Positions 50,021-59,695 of a stretch of 64,000 bases of DNA are shown piece by piece. Where the stretch lies: positions 49,733 to 113,732 of IMG/VR virus record IMGVR_UViG_3300035670_000059. The stretch is one strand, 5' to 3'. The first letter of the stretch is position 1; every line of letters begins with the position of its first letter. This stretch comes from a virus. Made by a program: the position numbers and the translations under genes. The notes under the pieces are model-generated. The model was not told the origin of the DNA. It worked only from the letters and a program-made list of their open reading frames with translations, and did no database searches.

Positions 50021-51585
50021 AAAAATTAATATTTCTTTTATTATTATTACCAACACTTTCTTTTGGTCAAATTATTGTTAACCAAGAAGTAGTTGAGGCT
50101 CCACCATATCAAGTAGGAGATACTATTACAATTCGATACACATTACAAAACTTAACAGGCCAACCAGATTTTAGATATTTTTGGTTAAGATTGCAATATT
50201 CCAATCAACATTTACAACTAGTACCTAACTCAACTGTCTTTGTTAATGCTTCTACAAGACAAACCTATTTTTATCAGTGGGTGGGATATAGATTTGTTCA
50301 AAACCCTAATATAGGGGTAGGAGAATTAAACCGACAATTAAATGAAGGTGGATACCAGTATGTAGGTGATCAAAACTGGAATATTGTTCAACTTAATGTA
50401 CAAACCCCAACAGATTTTCAAGATGGAGAATGGGTAAGACAAAAGTTTATTATAAAAGACCAATTAACTTTTAATAGTATCCATAAATTGGATATGGCAG
50501 ATGCCCGAAACTCAGCTAACCAACCTAAATATCCTATTGGATCTCAAGTATTACAGTTAAGTTTAAATAACGTATCTGGTGCTTCTTCTGCAGTAACATT
50601 TAGAGTAGCATTTCCTGCAGGATACGATATTACTAGACACAATGTTCAAATAGTAAATGTAGATAGCAATAATGCTCCTAATTTTAATTCCATTGTAACA
50701 TCTGTTCCATTGGATGGAGCAGGTCAAGCACTAATAACAACATTACAAACTGGAAAAAATTACTATGCTTTAATTACTCCTGCTACTCAACAATCTTTTA
50801 TGAATGATATCGTAACAGTAGCAGATGCTTACAAAGCATTTTTACAAATATCAGATAAAGGTCTAAACTTAGATCAAAACTATTTTACTACACCTATAGA
50901 ATATAAAGTAGGTAACGTAACATTAGGTGATAATACATTTGATCTAGTAGATTCCTATAATCTGTTTGCGTATGTAATGGGTATAAATGTATCTCAAACC
51001 TCTACTATACCAACTTCTACTTCTACTAATATAAGATTCTATTCTGGGAAAATTGATACATTTAATCAAGGAACATTTAATGGTCTTGTAAACATTACAG
51101 GTCCATCCCATAGATTTGATTTTGGATATGCGTGGGCGGGTGATTTAGATTTCTCCCACTCTACACCTAAAACGATTACCAGCATAGCTAATAGATCAAA
51201 CCGAATAGAAACAACTGATAAGCAAGCTAATACTACAATTACAACTAAGCTAGTAGATACTAAAGTAGTTGTAGAAATAAAGCTAGAAGAAACAAATTTA
51301 GCAGGAGCACAATATAAAATTAAATATGATGTTAACAAATTAGAGTTAGAAGAAGTAGTATTTGATGCTGGAAGAGATATAACAAATTTCTCTACCCCAA
51401 GAGATAATGCTATAGTATTTGGTTCTATTGACAATATTGGTACTGCTAAAGTAAAACCAGGCATGCCATATAAACTTATATTTAAAACAAAATCTACAAT
51501 ATCTAATACAACAGGTTTAGTATTTATTGAATTTGCCGAAGCGGTTGCGCAAAATGGTGATAAAATAATTCTAAACGTAAAATAA
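50017..51585 (+). CDS. Exported protein with cohesin-like and dockerin-like domains
   Basis: Sec signal; VGDTITI..LQYSN.HL and AGAQY.I.YD.NKL cohesin-like strands; VTVADAY..GNV..FDLVDSY dockerin-like repeats. Confidence 0.55.
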   Translation: MKKLIFLLLLLPTLSFGQIIVNQEVVEAPPYQVGDTITIRYTLQNLTGQPDFRYFWLRLQYSNQHLQLVPNSTVFVNASTRQTYFYQWVGYRFVQNPNIGVGELNRQLNEGGYQYVGDQNWNIVQLNVQTPTDFQDGEWVRQKFIIKDQLTFNSIHKLDMADARNSANQPKYPIGSQVLQLSLNNVSGASSAVTFRVAFPAGYDITRHNVQIVNVDSNNAPNFNSIVTSVPLDGAGQALITTLQTGKNYYALITPATQQSFMNDIVTVADAYKAFLQISDKGLNLDQNYFTTPIEYKVGNVTLGDNTFDLVDSYNLFAYVMGINVSQTSTIPTSTSTNIRFYSGKIDTFNQGTFNGLVNITGPSHRFDFGYAWAGDLDFSHSTPKTITSIANRSNRIETTDKQANTTITTKLVDTKVVVEIKLEETNLAGAQYKIKYDVNKLELEEVVFDAGRDITNFSTPRDNAIVFGSIDNIGTAKVKPGMPYKLIFKTKSTISNTTGLVFIEFAEAVAQNGDKIILNVK

Positions 51586-51587
51586 AA

Positions 51588-51956
51588 ATGAAATCATTAA
51601 AATATTTAAGCATTGCCTCCATTTTATTACTAGGTGGGTGTTTCCAAGAGGATGTATACGAGCCTGAATTACCTGCTAGTAATTTAGAAATAAAAGAGCA
51701 AGTAGGTATAAAACTAGAATCAGTATTTGCTACTGAAGAGGTAGCAATGAATATAAAAACAGAAACTTCTGGTACTTATACTTTAAAAATACACCATATA
51801 AGTGGCAGAGTTGTATCTAAAGAAGAAATAAAAGTACAGGCTGGAAATAATATATTAAAATTGTATACAGGGGCTTTACCTAAAGAACCTTATACTATTG
51901 CTTTATATAATTCCCGTAATGCTAGGTTGGCGGAAACTATTGTAAACTTATTTTAA
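51588..51956 (+). CDS. Lipoprotein with T9SS C-terminal sorting domain-like region
   Basis: Lipobox LLLGGC; YTLKIHHISGRVV..GNN..LP..PY.I.L pattern. Confidence 0.6.
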   Translation: MKSLKYLSIASILLLGGCFQEDVYEPELPASNLEIKEQVGIKLESVFATEEVAMNIKTETSGTYTLKIHHISGRVVSKEEIKVQAGNNILKLYTGALPKEPYTIALYNSRNARLAETIVNLF

Positions 51957-51967
51957 CTTAAACAGCT

Positions 51968-52288
51968 ATGAGCGAAGAACAAGAAGTTGGATTTTTTGGT
52001 CAATTAAAAAACCAAATTATTACAGGAGCAGGAGTTATTTTAACTACTGTTGGAACTATTTTTATAGACGAAATCAAGTCTATAGTAGGAATTGAGGATG
52101 AAACTGAGCAAGTACAAGGTACTCAACAAAACAACCAACAACAACAAAATGTTGTAATCAACATCCCAGAACAAAAAGCAGCAGAAACTAAAACTGTGAT
52201 TGTTAAAGAGGCAGCCCCCGCTGCAAAACCTACACCACCTAAGAAGACTGAAACAGAAAAACGTAAAGAAGAGGGGCTAGACTGGTAA
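51968..52288 (+). CDS. Single-TM protein with Q/P-rich tail
   Basis: IITGAGVILTTVGTIFI; QQNNQQQQ; PAAKPTPP. Confidence 0.6.
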   Translation: MSEEQEVGFFGQLKNQIITGAGVILTTVGTIFIDEIKSIVGIEDETEQVQGTQQNNQQQQNVVINIPEQKAAETKTVIVKEAAPAAKPTPPKKTETEKRKEEGLDW

Positions 52289-52611
52289 TGGAAAACAACA
52301 CACAACAAGCTACAGGGTTTAAGCAATTGTTAAACTCTATGATGCAAAGAAGATGGTTAATGACATTAATCGTCTTGATTACTTTTATGTTTATAACATT
52401 AGGTATAATGATTTCTATTCACGTTGATACTGCTGTAGGACAGGAATGGAAAGAGTTATTATTATTGTTATTAGGTGCATTTATCGGTTCTTATGGTAAA
52501 ATCATTGATTACTGGTTTTCTGATACAGATAAAGATAAAATGTTAGTCCAGAAAATGGACGAAGAAGATGGAGTTTCTTTATCAAATACAAACTCAACAG
52601 AAGAAAAATGA
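52288..52611 (+). CDS. Two-TM membrane protein
   Basis: Two hydrophobic segments; IIDYWFS; acidic tail. Confidence 0.65.
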   Translation: MENNTQQATGFKQLLNSMMQRRWLMTLIVLITFMFITLGIMISIHVDTAVGQEWKELLLLLLGAFIGSYGKIIDYWFSDTDKDKMLVQKMDEEDGVSLSNTNSTEEK

Positions 52612-52706
52612 CAAACCGCGAAACAAAAGACAAAAACAGAAAAGCAATGGCTAAAGCCACTATTAAGGCTCAACAGAAGTCAGGAATGTATAAAAAGAAA
52701 ATGTAA
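52608..52706 (+). CDS. 32-aa basic peptide (not in ORF track)
   Basis: MTNRETKDKNRKAMAKATIKAQQKSGMYKKKM*; ATGA and TAATG overlaps with both neighbours. Confidence 0.65.
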   Translation: MTNRETKDKNRKAMAKATIKAQQKSGMYKKKM

Positions 52707-53317
52707 TGAGACTTACCTTACTCTTATTTATCCTTTCAGTACAGTCTCTCTTGGCACAAACCAAGAGGGATTCTGTTTTAATAGAAACACCCGTTTTTAC
52801 AGTAATGTATTCTGAGACCTTAGAGCAACCTCTTTGGATCAAATACCGGTCTACAAACCGTCCTACAAATGTAAATAGAGGTCACATGAATTTCTATAAA
52901 GAAAAAAATATCCTCACCTCTGATGATGAAGATTACAAGGCAAATGTATATGATAAAGGACATGGAGCACCAGCTGCAACATTTTCTGATAGTGAAGAAA
53001 ATCTTAAGCAAACATTTTCGTATTTAAACTCTATAATGCAAGACCAATACCTTAACAGAGGTGTATGGAAAATGTTAGAAGAGCAAGAGCGAAAGTGGGA
53101 CGATGAAGAACCATTGACTGTAATCATCAAAACTTATTTTGATGAACCTGTAAAAAGAGTAGCAACAGGAGCAGCAATCCCTTCACACATGGAAAAACAT
53201 ATTCATTTTGAAAAATCAAAAAAGTGGAGATGCTATGTATTTTTAAATGAAAAACCTAAATATATGCTACCACAATTAGAAACAATATGCAAACCAAATC
53301 AACATAAACTAAAATAA
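52706..53317 (+). CDS. Exported DNA/RNA non-specific endonuclease (NucA/EndoG family)
   Basis: Signal peptide; YDKGHGAPAA, TF.Y.N..Q...LNRG.W..LE. Confidence 0.88.
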   Translation: MRLTLLLFILSVQSLLAQTKRDSVLIETPVFTVMYSETLEQPLWIKYRSTNRPTNVNRGHMNFYKEKNILTSDDEDYKANVYDKGHGAPAATFSDSEENLKQTFSYLNSIMQDQYLNRGVWKMLEEQERKWDDEEPLTVIIKTYFDEPVKRVATGAAIPSHMEKHIHFEKSKKWRCYVFLNEKPKYMLPQLETICKPNQHKLK

Positions 53318-53319
53318 TT

Positions 53320-53523
53320 ATGAAAAATCTACTAAGTTCTTTATTATTAATTTCTATCATATTCATTATCCCAAGTATTGGATTATATACTGCCATAAAT
53401 GACATTTATAGCCCATTTGGATATCTTGCTAGTTTTGCGGTAAGTGTTACCTTATGGTTTAGCTTACGTAAAGTATTTGGATGGAAAATTGATCAAAAGA
53501 CAAAACAATTTCACTCATGGTAA
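53320..53523 (+). CDS. Small two-TM membrane protein
   Basis: Two hydrophobic helices, basic C-tail. Confidence 0.6.
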   Translation: MKNLLSSLLLISIIFIIPSIGLYTAINDIYSPFGYLASFAVSVTLWFSLRKVFGWKIDQKTKQFHSW

Positions 53524-54236
53524 AATATCTTTTAAGTATTCCATTCTTTTTCCTATCCACTACTTTATTTGCTCAAGTAATAGGAAAAACCTCAACTGAA
53601 AGCTATCAGGCAGAGTTTGAAAAATCAGCCTCTGTTTACGATATACCGGAATACAATGGCAAACCTGTACCTGTTGCTTTATTAACAATTGGTATAAGCG
53701 ATGAAGTACTAGCTCAATACCCAGAATTAGGTGACTATAGAGTAGGACTAGGTCTAGCTAACATTGTAGTAGCATTTATGGACGAAACTTTTAGATTTGA
53801 ATTTGTAGAAACAAAGGATGAAATAAAGGATCGTATGATTGCCCAAATGAAAGCCTCAGATAAAGGTATTTCTGCAAATAAAATAGAGGTAAAAGGAAAT
53901 ATAGTACTAGCCAAATATTTAGGCTATGTTGAAGTATACGATTTCTCTATCTCAGAAGACGAAACTATAAACCTAAAAGATGGTGTAAAAAATACACTAG
54001 TAACTAGATTAGGTTTACAGTTAAAACTAGTAGACGCAGAAACTGGATTGTACATGACTGGTTCAGGATTAGGCATGGCAACTACAACAAGAGAATTAAC
54101 TCTATTAAGTGATCAAAATTTAGAGGAAGTAGCATTTAACCAATCTTCTATTGGTACTTCTACTAAAAAAGCTCTAGAAACTGCAGTAGCAAAAGTTGTA
54201 AAAAGAATGATGCAAAAGGGTGTGTTTGATCACTAA
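53517..54236 (+). CDS. CsgG/HfaB-family envelope protein
   Basis: Signal peptide; GLANI..TFRFEFVE, RLGLQLKLVDAETG, KKALETAV pattern of the CsgG fold. Confidence 0.7.
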   Translation: MVKYLLSIPFFFLSTTLFAQVIGKTSTESYQAEFEKSASVYDIPEYNGKPVPVALLTIGISDEVLAQYPELGDYRVGLGLANIVVAFMDETFRFEFVETKDEIKDRMIAQMKASDKGISANKIEVKGNIVLAKYLGYVEVYDFSISEDETINLKDGVKNTLVTRLGLQLKLVDAETGLYMTGSGLGMATTTRELTLLSDQNLEEVAFNQSSIGTSTKKALETAVAKVVKRMMQKGVFDH

Positions 54237-54240
54237 CCTA

Positions 54241-55536
54241 ATGAAATATTTTCTTTTTATATTACTACTATGGGGGAATGTGGCTTTAGCCCAATCCCCC
54301 ATTATTACCCAAACATATACCGATAGATGTACGGGACAAACATTTACATTCTCTGTACCATCAAACGGGCAAACTGTAGTAGTATTTTACAATAAATCAC
54401 GTGTATTTACCGCAAATGACTTTACTAACGGTGTATTACGTGCATGGTTAGAAGAAACATATGCTTGGTGGAGAAACTTAAGTCCATGCTCTACTAATCA
54501 AGCTACTGCAACTGCTGCGCAACAAACTGCTCAACAAGCAGCCTCCACTGCTACTTCAGTAGCTACCAATATTCCAACTCCCCCTCCTCCTCCACCACCA
54601 CCACCTTCAAACCCACCACCTTCAAGTGGGGGATCAACATCTTCAAGTAGTTCATCTTCATCTAGTTCCAGCTCCTCTAGCTCTTCTAGTTCTTCCTCTC
54701 AAGAAAAAAGTGGGGGCGAAGCAGAAAAGGGTGGTGGTAGTACAGAAGAAAAATCAGGTGGATCAGAAGAGAGTAGTAGCTCTGAAGAAAGCAGCAGTGA
54801 ATCTGAATCCTCAGACAGTGAAGAATCTTCAGAAAGTTCTTCAGAAGAAGAAAAAGAGGAAAAAAAAGAAGAAAAGAAAAAATCCACTACCCCACCTGTA
54901 GTAGTTGCAAACGTAGCATCAATGCAAGGTTTAGATGGTAAATGGGCTACTGCTCTATCTTTTGGTATGAGTAAATCTTCTTTATTAGGAGATAAATCCT
55001 ATGGGGTAAATAGTATGGTGTGGTCTAACATGAAACAGTTTTTAGTAGCAGGAAACTATTCAAAAACCCACGTAATAAATGGAGAAATAGACATGATTAG
55101 CTCTACTGCTATAAGCGCAGCTAAAATGTATTCAACATATCTGGTTTCAATAGGTCACGGAAAAGTATTTCCAGGTAGAGACGGGTCTGTATTTGGGTTT
55201 AACTTTGCAAGTAATGTAATGTCTGTAGAGCTAGCTCCTTTACAACGTGATTTATCTGGGTCTTTTAATACTGTATTTTTCTATACTAAATCCTATAACT
55301 TTACTCGGTTATCTTTAGCACCATTAGCTGCTTTAGCTTCAAATCTAGTTACATATAGTTTTACTACCAAAACAATGAATATGCCTCATTCACATATATT
55401 ATTAGCAGGTAATAACTTTAACTATACTATAACACAAAGATTTGTGGCTAATTTAGGTATAATGGCTACTTCATCTTTATCTGGAGAATTTCCAACAACA
55501 TATGCTGTAACTGTTGGCTCTAGATTTCAATTTTGA
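54241..55536 (+). CDS. Outer-membrane beta-barrel protein with Pro/Ser/Glu linker
   Basis: Signal MKYFLFILLLWG..AQ; poly-P/poly-S/E linker; amphipathic strands ending VTVGSRFQF (terminal Phe). Confidence 0.65.
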   Translation: MKYFLFILLLWGNVALAQSPIITQTYTDRCTGQTFTFSVPSNGQTVVVFYNKSRVFTANDFTNGVLRAWLEETYAWWRNLSPCSTNQATATAAQQTAQQAASTATSVATNIPTPPPPPPPPPSNPPPSSGGSTSSSSSSSSSSSSSSSSSSSSQEKSGGEAEKGGGSTEEKSGGSEESSSSEESSSESESSDSEESSESSSEEEKEEKKEEKKKSTTPPVVVANVASMQGLDGKWATALSFGMSKSSLLGDKSYGVNSMVWSNMKQFLVAGNYSKTHVINGEIDMISSTAISAAKMYSTYLVSIGHGKVFPGRDGSVFGFNFASNVMSVELAPLQRDLSGSFNTVFFYTKSYNFTRLSLAPLAALASNLVTYSFTTKTMNMPHSHILLAGNNFNYTITQRFVANLGIMATSSLSGEFPTTYAVTVGSRFQF

Positions 55537-55581
55537 TATGTATAATAGATAAAATAATGTTTCACACAAATATGTTATGCC

Positions 55582-55851
55582 ATGTTAAACTATTTAAAAA
55601 ATAAATGGATGGCTTTCAAGGACATTTTTAAAGACAACAATTCTTACAACGAAAAAAACATCGTAGGATTTGGATCATTTGCGGTAATGGCAGTATTTGC
55701 GGCCGCAGACATTGTAACTGGTATATTAGGCATGCCGTTAGAAATTACCGATACTATTTTCAACTCATTTGTAATCATTACATTGGGTTCTTTTGGTATT
55801 GATGGTGTAACTAAAATCTTTAGTAAAGACAAAAAAGAAGAAGAACTATGA
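55582..55851 (+). CDS. Holin-like two-TM protein
   Basis: Two TM segments, charged C-tail, overlaps endolysin start. Confidence 0.6.
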   Translation: MLNYLKNKWMAFKDIFKDNNSYNEKNIVGFGSFAVMAVFAAADIVTGILGMPLEITDTIFNSFVIITLGSFGIDGVTKIFSKDKKEEEL

Positions 55852-56462
55852 GCTTAAAATCATTGCAAGCTAAAATTGGAGTTGGTGCAGATGGTGCATT
55901 TGGACCTGGTACTTTAAAAGCAGCTATGGCCTATTACAAAATGACTCCTGAAAGAGCTGCCCACTTTTTTGCACAAACCGCTCACGAAAGTGGAAACTTT
56001 AAGGCATTTGCTGAGAATTTGAATTATGGTGCTGCAGGTTTAACAGGAATATTTAAAAAATATTTCCCAACCACAGAAAAAGCATTACTTTATGAGCGCA
56101 AGCCAGAAAAAATTGCTAACTTAGTTTACGCTTCTCGTATGGGAAATGGAGATGAGGCTTCAGGTGATGGATTTAAATTCAGAGGTAGAGGTGCTCTGCA
56201 ATTGACTGGTAAAGACAACTATAAAGTATTCTCTGAATATTTGAAAAAACCAGAAATTATGACTAATCCTGATTTAGTAGCAACTGAGTATGCTTTTGAA
56301 TCTGCAATTTTCTTCTTTGATAGAAATAAGCTATGGGACATCTGCGATAAAGGTGTAAACAAAGATACAATCTTAGCTCTCACTAAGAGAATCAATGGCG
56401 GAACTCACGGATTAGCTGATAGAGAAGAAAAAACACTTAAGTATTACGGCTATCTAAAATAA
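55848..56462 (+). CDS. Endolysin, glycoside hydrolase family 19 with short PG-binding N-term
   Basis: DGAFGPGT; AHFFAQTAHESG; FRGRGALQLTGKDNY; TKRINGG..GL.DR. Confidence 0.92.
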   Translation: MSLKSLQAKIGVGADGAFGPGTLKAAMAYYKMTPERAAHFFAQTAHESGNFKAFAENLNYGAAGLTGIFKKYFPTTEKALLYERKPEKIANLVYASRMGNGDEASGDGFKFRGRGALQLTGKDNYKVFSEYLKKPEIMTNPDLVATEYAFESAIFFFDRNKLWDICDKGVNKDTILALTKRINGGTHGLADREEKTLKYYGYLK

Positions 56463-56471
56463 TATTTTAGA

Positions 56472-56900
56472 ATGAAATCCAGCTTAAGTTTAATCATTTC
56501 TTCTATCAGTATGACTGCAGCTTTTGTATGTTCATATTTTATGGAAATCACAATGCAAAACGCCGAACAATATTTAGCTATTGCAGCTTTAATATTTGCT
56601 GATGGTTTTTTTGGAGTAATTGCGGGAGTGAAAAGAGAGGGATTCAAAACCTATAAAGCAATTAAAATATTAAAAAATCTATTATTTTGGATTATATTTT
56701 TGACTGTAATATTAGGAATTGAAGCTAATTTTGATGGAACATTTTGGTTAAGTGAAACCATAATTACTCCACTCATAATATTCCAGCTAATAAGTGCTCT
56801 AAAGAACGCATCAATGGCAGGATTTATTAAGATAGATGAATTAAACAAAATACTGGATAAAATAGATAAACATAAAGGGGACAGGTCCTCAGAGAAATAA
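56472..56900 (+). CDS. Phage holin (holin 4 family-like)
   Basis: Multiple TM segments; D.F.G.IA..K; S.LKN...G. Confidence 0.7.
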   Translation: MKSSLSLIISSISMTAAFVCSYFMEITMQNAEQYLAIAALIFADGFFGVIAGVKREGFKTYKAIKILKNLLFWIIFLTVILGIEANFDGTFWLSETIITPLIIFQLISALKNASMAGFIKIDELNKILDKIDKHKGDRSSEK

Positions 56901-56926
56901 GGTTGGATTTTATCCAACCTTTTTTT
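56899..56926 (+). terminator. Terminator overlapping promoter
   Basis: AAGGTTGGAT-TTT-ATCCAACCTT plus T run. Confidence 0.8.
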
Positions 56927-56938
56927 ATATTTATTAAT

Positions 56939-57958
56939 ATGTTAAAAAATCTAAAACAAAGTATATTCCCATTTATTATAGCATTTTCTGCGCTATCTGT
57001 CAGTGCTTCTGCTGCTTTCTATTCTATAAGTGGGTTAAGCAAACTATTTGCGGGAGCCTCATTTGAGGTAATAGTTATGGCTAGTTCTTTAGAAATAGCT
57101 AAACTAGTAATTGCCTCCTTACTATATCAATATTGGAATACTATAAATAAAGTATTACGTACTTATCTAATGGTAGCTACAGTAATATTAATTCTCATTA
57201 CCTCTATGGGCATTTATGGTTTCTTGTCTGCTGCATACCAAGAAACAGCCAATAAGGCAGGCAATATGGATGCTCAAGTATCTTTGGTAGAAGTCAAGCG
57301 AGACAACATTAAAGAGCAACTAACCGTATACACGCTCGAAAAAGAAAATATCACCAAAGCCATTGCCGATCTACGGGCAGGACTAGCTAACAACATTATT
57401 CAATATAAAGATAAAGATGGTAATATAATCACCTCTACCTCTACAGCTACACGCAACGCTTTAGAAAAACAATTAGATCAAGCAGTAACTAGACAAACGG
57501 ATGTTAATCTTAAAGTTGATGAACTAAATACTCAGCTTTTTGAATACGAAACCCAAATTGTAGAAATTAAAACTGGAAGTGATCTGGCTGGGGAACTAGG
57601 ACCATTAAAATTCATTTCAGGTCTTACGGGTATACCAATGGATAAAATAATAAACGTATTACTTTTAGTCATTATATTTGTGTTTGATCCATTAGCAATT
57701 TCTTTAGTAATAGCTGCTAACTTTGCATTTGCCCAAATAAATCCCGTAAAAGAAGAACAGCAATATGATCCTCTAGATTTGAACAAAGATGGAATTGTAG
57801 ATGAAAGTGAAAGAACAATAACTAAACAAAAAATAGAAGAATTAGAATATAACATTGAAACTAAATCTTTAGGTGGTTGGTGGTTAAAAAAGGTAAAAGA
57901 TCAAATTGATTCTTTAAAATCTAAAATTAAAGAAGAAGACGAAACAAAAACATACTAG
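56939..57958 (+). CDS. Membrane protein with long coiled coil
   Basis: Three N-term TM segments, coiled coil, C-term TM FVFDPLAI, EF-hand-like DLNKDGIVD. Confidence 0.7.
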   Translation: MLKNLKQSIFPFIIAFSALSVSASAAFYSISGLSKLFAGASFEVIVMASSLEIAKLVIASLLYQYWNTINKVLRTYLMVATVILILITSMGIYGFLSAAYQETANKAGNMDAQVSLVEVKRDNIKEQLTVYTLEKENITKAIADLRAGLANNIIQYKDKDGNIITSTSTATRNALEKQLDQAVTRQTDVNLKVDELNTQLFEYETQIVEIKTGSDLAGELGPLKFISGLTGIPMDKIINVLLLVIIFVFDPLAISLVIAANFAFAQINPVKEEQQYDPLDLNKDGIVDESERTITKQKIEELEYNIETKSLGGWWLKKVKDQIDSLKSKIKEEDETKTY

Positions 57959-58005
57959 TTTGGCTCCCTAAAATAGGGTTCGTACATTTACATCAAATAA
58001 AAGTT

Positions 58006-58509
58006 ATGATTTACTCTCCGACATTTCCAAAACCGTACATCCAAGAAAAGCTCTCCAAGCTTCGCAAGCTAAAATACAACCAATTTAGATGGTGGAGAAT
58101 GTACGACAATCCTGTTTTACCTTTGCCAAATAAGGCTCCATTGATTGATAAAATCTTAAATGGTGATTTTGATTACCCACACTACAAACTCCAGGCTGAA
58201 CTAGTAGAGCACGAGCTAAACGAGCTAGCTCAAAGATGTGGCGGCAATAATGAAATGTTTGGAGAAAAAAGTGCACTAATGCGCACTCGAAGAAAAAGAT
58301 TGCTTGATGATTTTGAAAAAGAAGAAAACGATAAGCTAAAAAGAATATTCAAAGAATTTGAAAAAAACTTTGCTTTATCTAAAGAACAAATTGAGGAAGA
58401 AATGCTAAGATTTGTTGGTAATTTGGGAGAATTTTATTATTATATGGGAGTTAGATACCAAAAAGTACCTAATCCAAACAGACGCGGACGTAAAAAGAAA
58501 AATATATGA
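58006..58509 (+). CDS. Hypothetical protein
   Basis: Intact ORF after promoter 57959. Confidence 0.6.
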   Translation: MIYSPTFPKPYIQEKLSKLRKLKYNQFRWWRMYDNPVLPLPNKAPLIDKILNGDFDYPHYKLQAELVEHELNELAQRCGGNNEMFGEKSALMRTRRKRLLDDFEKEENDKLKRIFKEFEKNFALSKEQIEEEMLRFVGNLGEFYYYMGVRYQKVPNPNRRGRKKKNI

Positions 58510-59294
58510 TCAAAGTTTCACATGAAGTACCTAAATGCTTACTAAAAGCATCCCTTGAGTTTAATGACTACCAATATTGTCTACCTCATTTATTAGATCA
58601 GGATACAGCTTATAGAAAGCACTTCTATGATTTTAAAAAATCAGGTGGTTACATTATTATGGACAATTCGTTACATGAACTAGGAGAGGCATATGACCAC
58701 GAACGCTTAATGTTCTGGGTAAATGAGCTTGAACCCGATGAATTTATTGTACCGGATGTTTGGATGGATGTTGAAGCAACAATCCAAAATGCCAAAGAAT
58801 GGATTCAGTTTGAATATCCTAAAAACACTACTCCCGTAGCTGTTGTTCAAGGTAGAAGTTTTCAAGAAGCAGAAGAGTGTTATTTTACGTTGAAACACAT
58901 GGGATACAAGAAAATCGCATTCTCGTATGGAGCGGATTGGTACATGGATAAATTCCACGGTATTCACGTAGATAAAGCAAAAATGATGGGCCGAATATCA
59001 GCTGTAAAGCAAATGTTCCACAATGGTACTATCAAGAAAAATGATAGAGTACACCTTTTAGGTTGTTCTTTACCACAAGAATTTGGATGGTACGAAAATT
59101 GTTCGTACATTGAGTCAATCGATACTTCAAATCCAATTATGGCGGCTTTAGAAGGTATTGGGTATGACGAGTTTGGTTTATTAACAAAACCTAAAGCAAA
59201 CATGAACGATCATTTCTATATCGATATTAAAGATGTAAATTTAAAATTAGTATTACACAACGTAGAAACATTTAAAAAAATTAATGAGTTATGA
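58506..59294 (+). CDS. TGT-fold transglycosylase-like protein (DpdA-like)
   Basis: MDNS, IVPDV, VAVVQG, VHLLG, SIDTS motifs in TGT order; close to queC. Confidence 0.65.
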   Translation: MIKVSHEVPKCLLKASLEFNDYQYCLPHLLDQDTAYRKHFYDFKKSGGYIIMDNSLHELGEAYDHERLMFWVNELEPDEFIVPDVWMDVEATIQNAKEWIQFEYPKNTTPVAVVQGRSFQEAEECYFTLKHMGYKKIAFSYGADWYMDKFHGIHVDKAKMMGRISAVKQMFHNGTIKKNDRVHLLGCSLPQEFGWYENCSYIESIDTSNPIMAALEGIGYDEFGLLTKPKANMNDHFYIDIKDVNLKLVLHNVETFKKINEL

Positions 59295-59485
59295 TTTCAC
59301 TATTTGATTATTTAGGAAAAGCCGCAGGCGTAGAACTTGGGGCAAAAGTTTACCAATATGCTCTTATTCGTAGGGAAAAAATTGGACTTAGATATGTATC
59401 AACTCTTTCATATAAGGGCCCAATTTCCCTATATCCCAAAGAGTTTTTGGATGAGTTTTTTCTAGTACAAAAATTATTTAGCTAA
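59291..59485 (+). CDS. Hypothetical protein
   Basis: ATGA overlap with upstream gene. Confidence 0.55.
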   Translation: MISLFDYLGKAAGVELGAKVYQYALIRREKIGLRYVSTLSYKGPISLYPKEFLDEFFLVQKLFS

Positions 59486-59486
59486 T

Positions 59487-59660
59487 ATGGGACTATTTTT
59501 GAAAAATGCTTTAGATAAAGGAGTAAAAGAACCATCTAATAGATATGGGCTTGTTCCTAGTCAAAAAGATTTAAGAGATACATTAGCCAAAATCTGGAAC
59601 AACCAAGATAATTTAACAAAGGAGGATATTCAAACTCTAATGTATTTATCCAAAAAATAA
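59487..59660 (+). CDS. 57-aa hypothetical protein (not in ORF track)
   Basis: MGLFLKNALDKGVKEPSNRYG...YLSKK*; starts 1 nt after the upstream stop. Confidence 0.55.
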   Translation: MGLFLKNALDKGVKEPSNRYGLVPSQKDLRDTLAKIWNNQDNLTKEDIQTLMYLSKK

Positions 59661-59695
59661 CGTTAAAGAAGTTGTGTGTTTTGCAGGAGGATATA

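Noticed and set aside
54626-54901. Alternative-frame ORF in the Ser/Pro/Glu linker
   Set aside because: By-product of low-complexity sequence inside the beta-barrel gene
49547-55536. Complete curli (csgBAC/DEFG) operon
   Set aside because: No curlin repeat protein or CsgD recognisable; only CsgG-like folds
4413-56938. Longer track starts at 4413, 10376, 43542, 48760, 54220 and 56903
   Set aside because: They fall within terminators or upstream genes; downstream ATGs with A-rich leaders fit better
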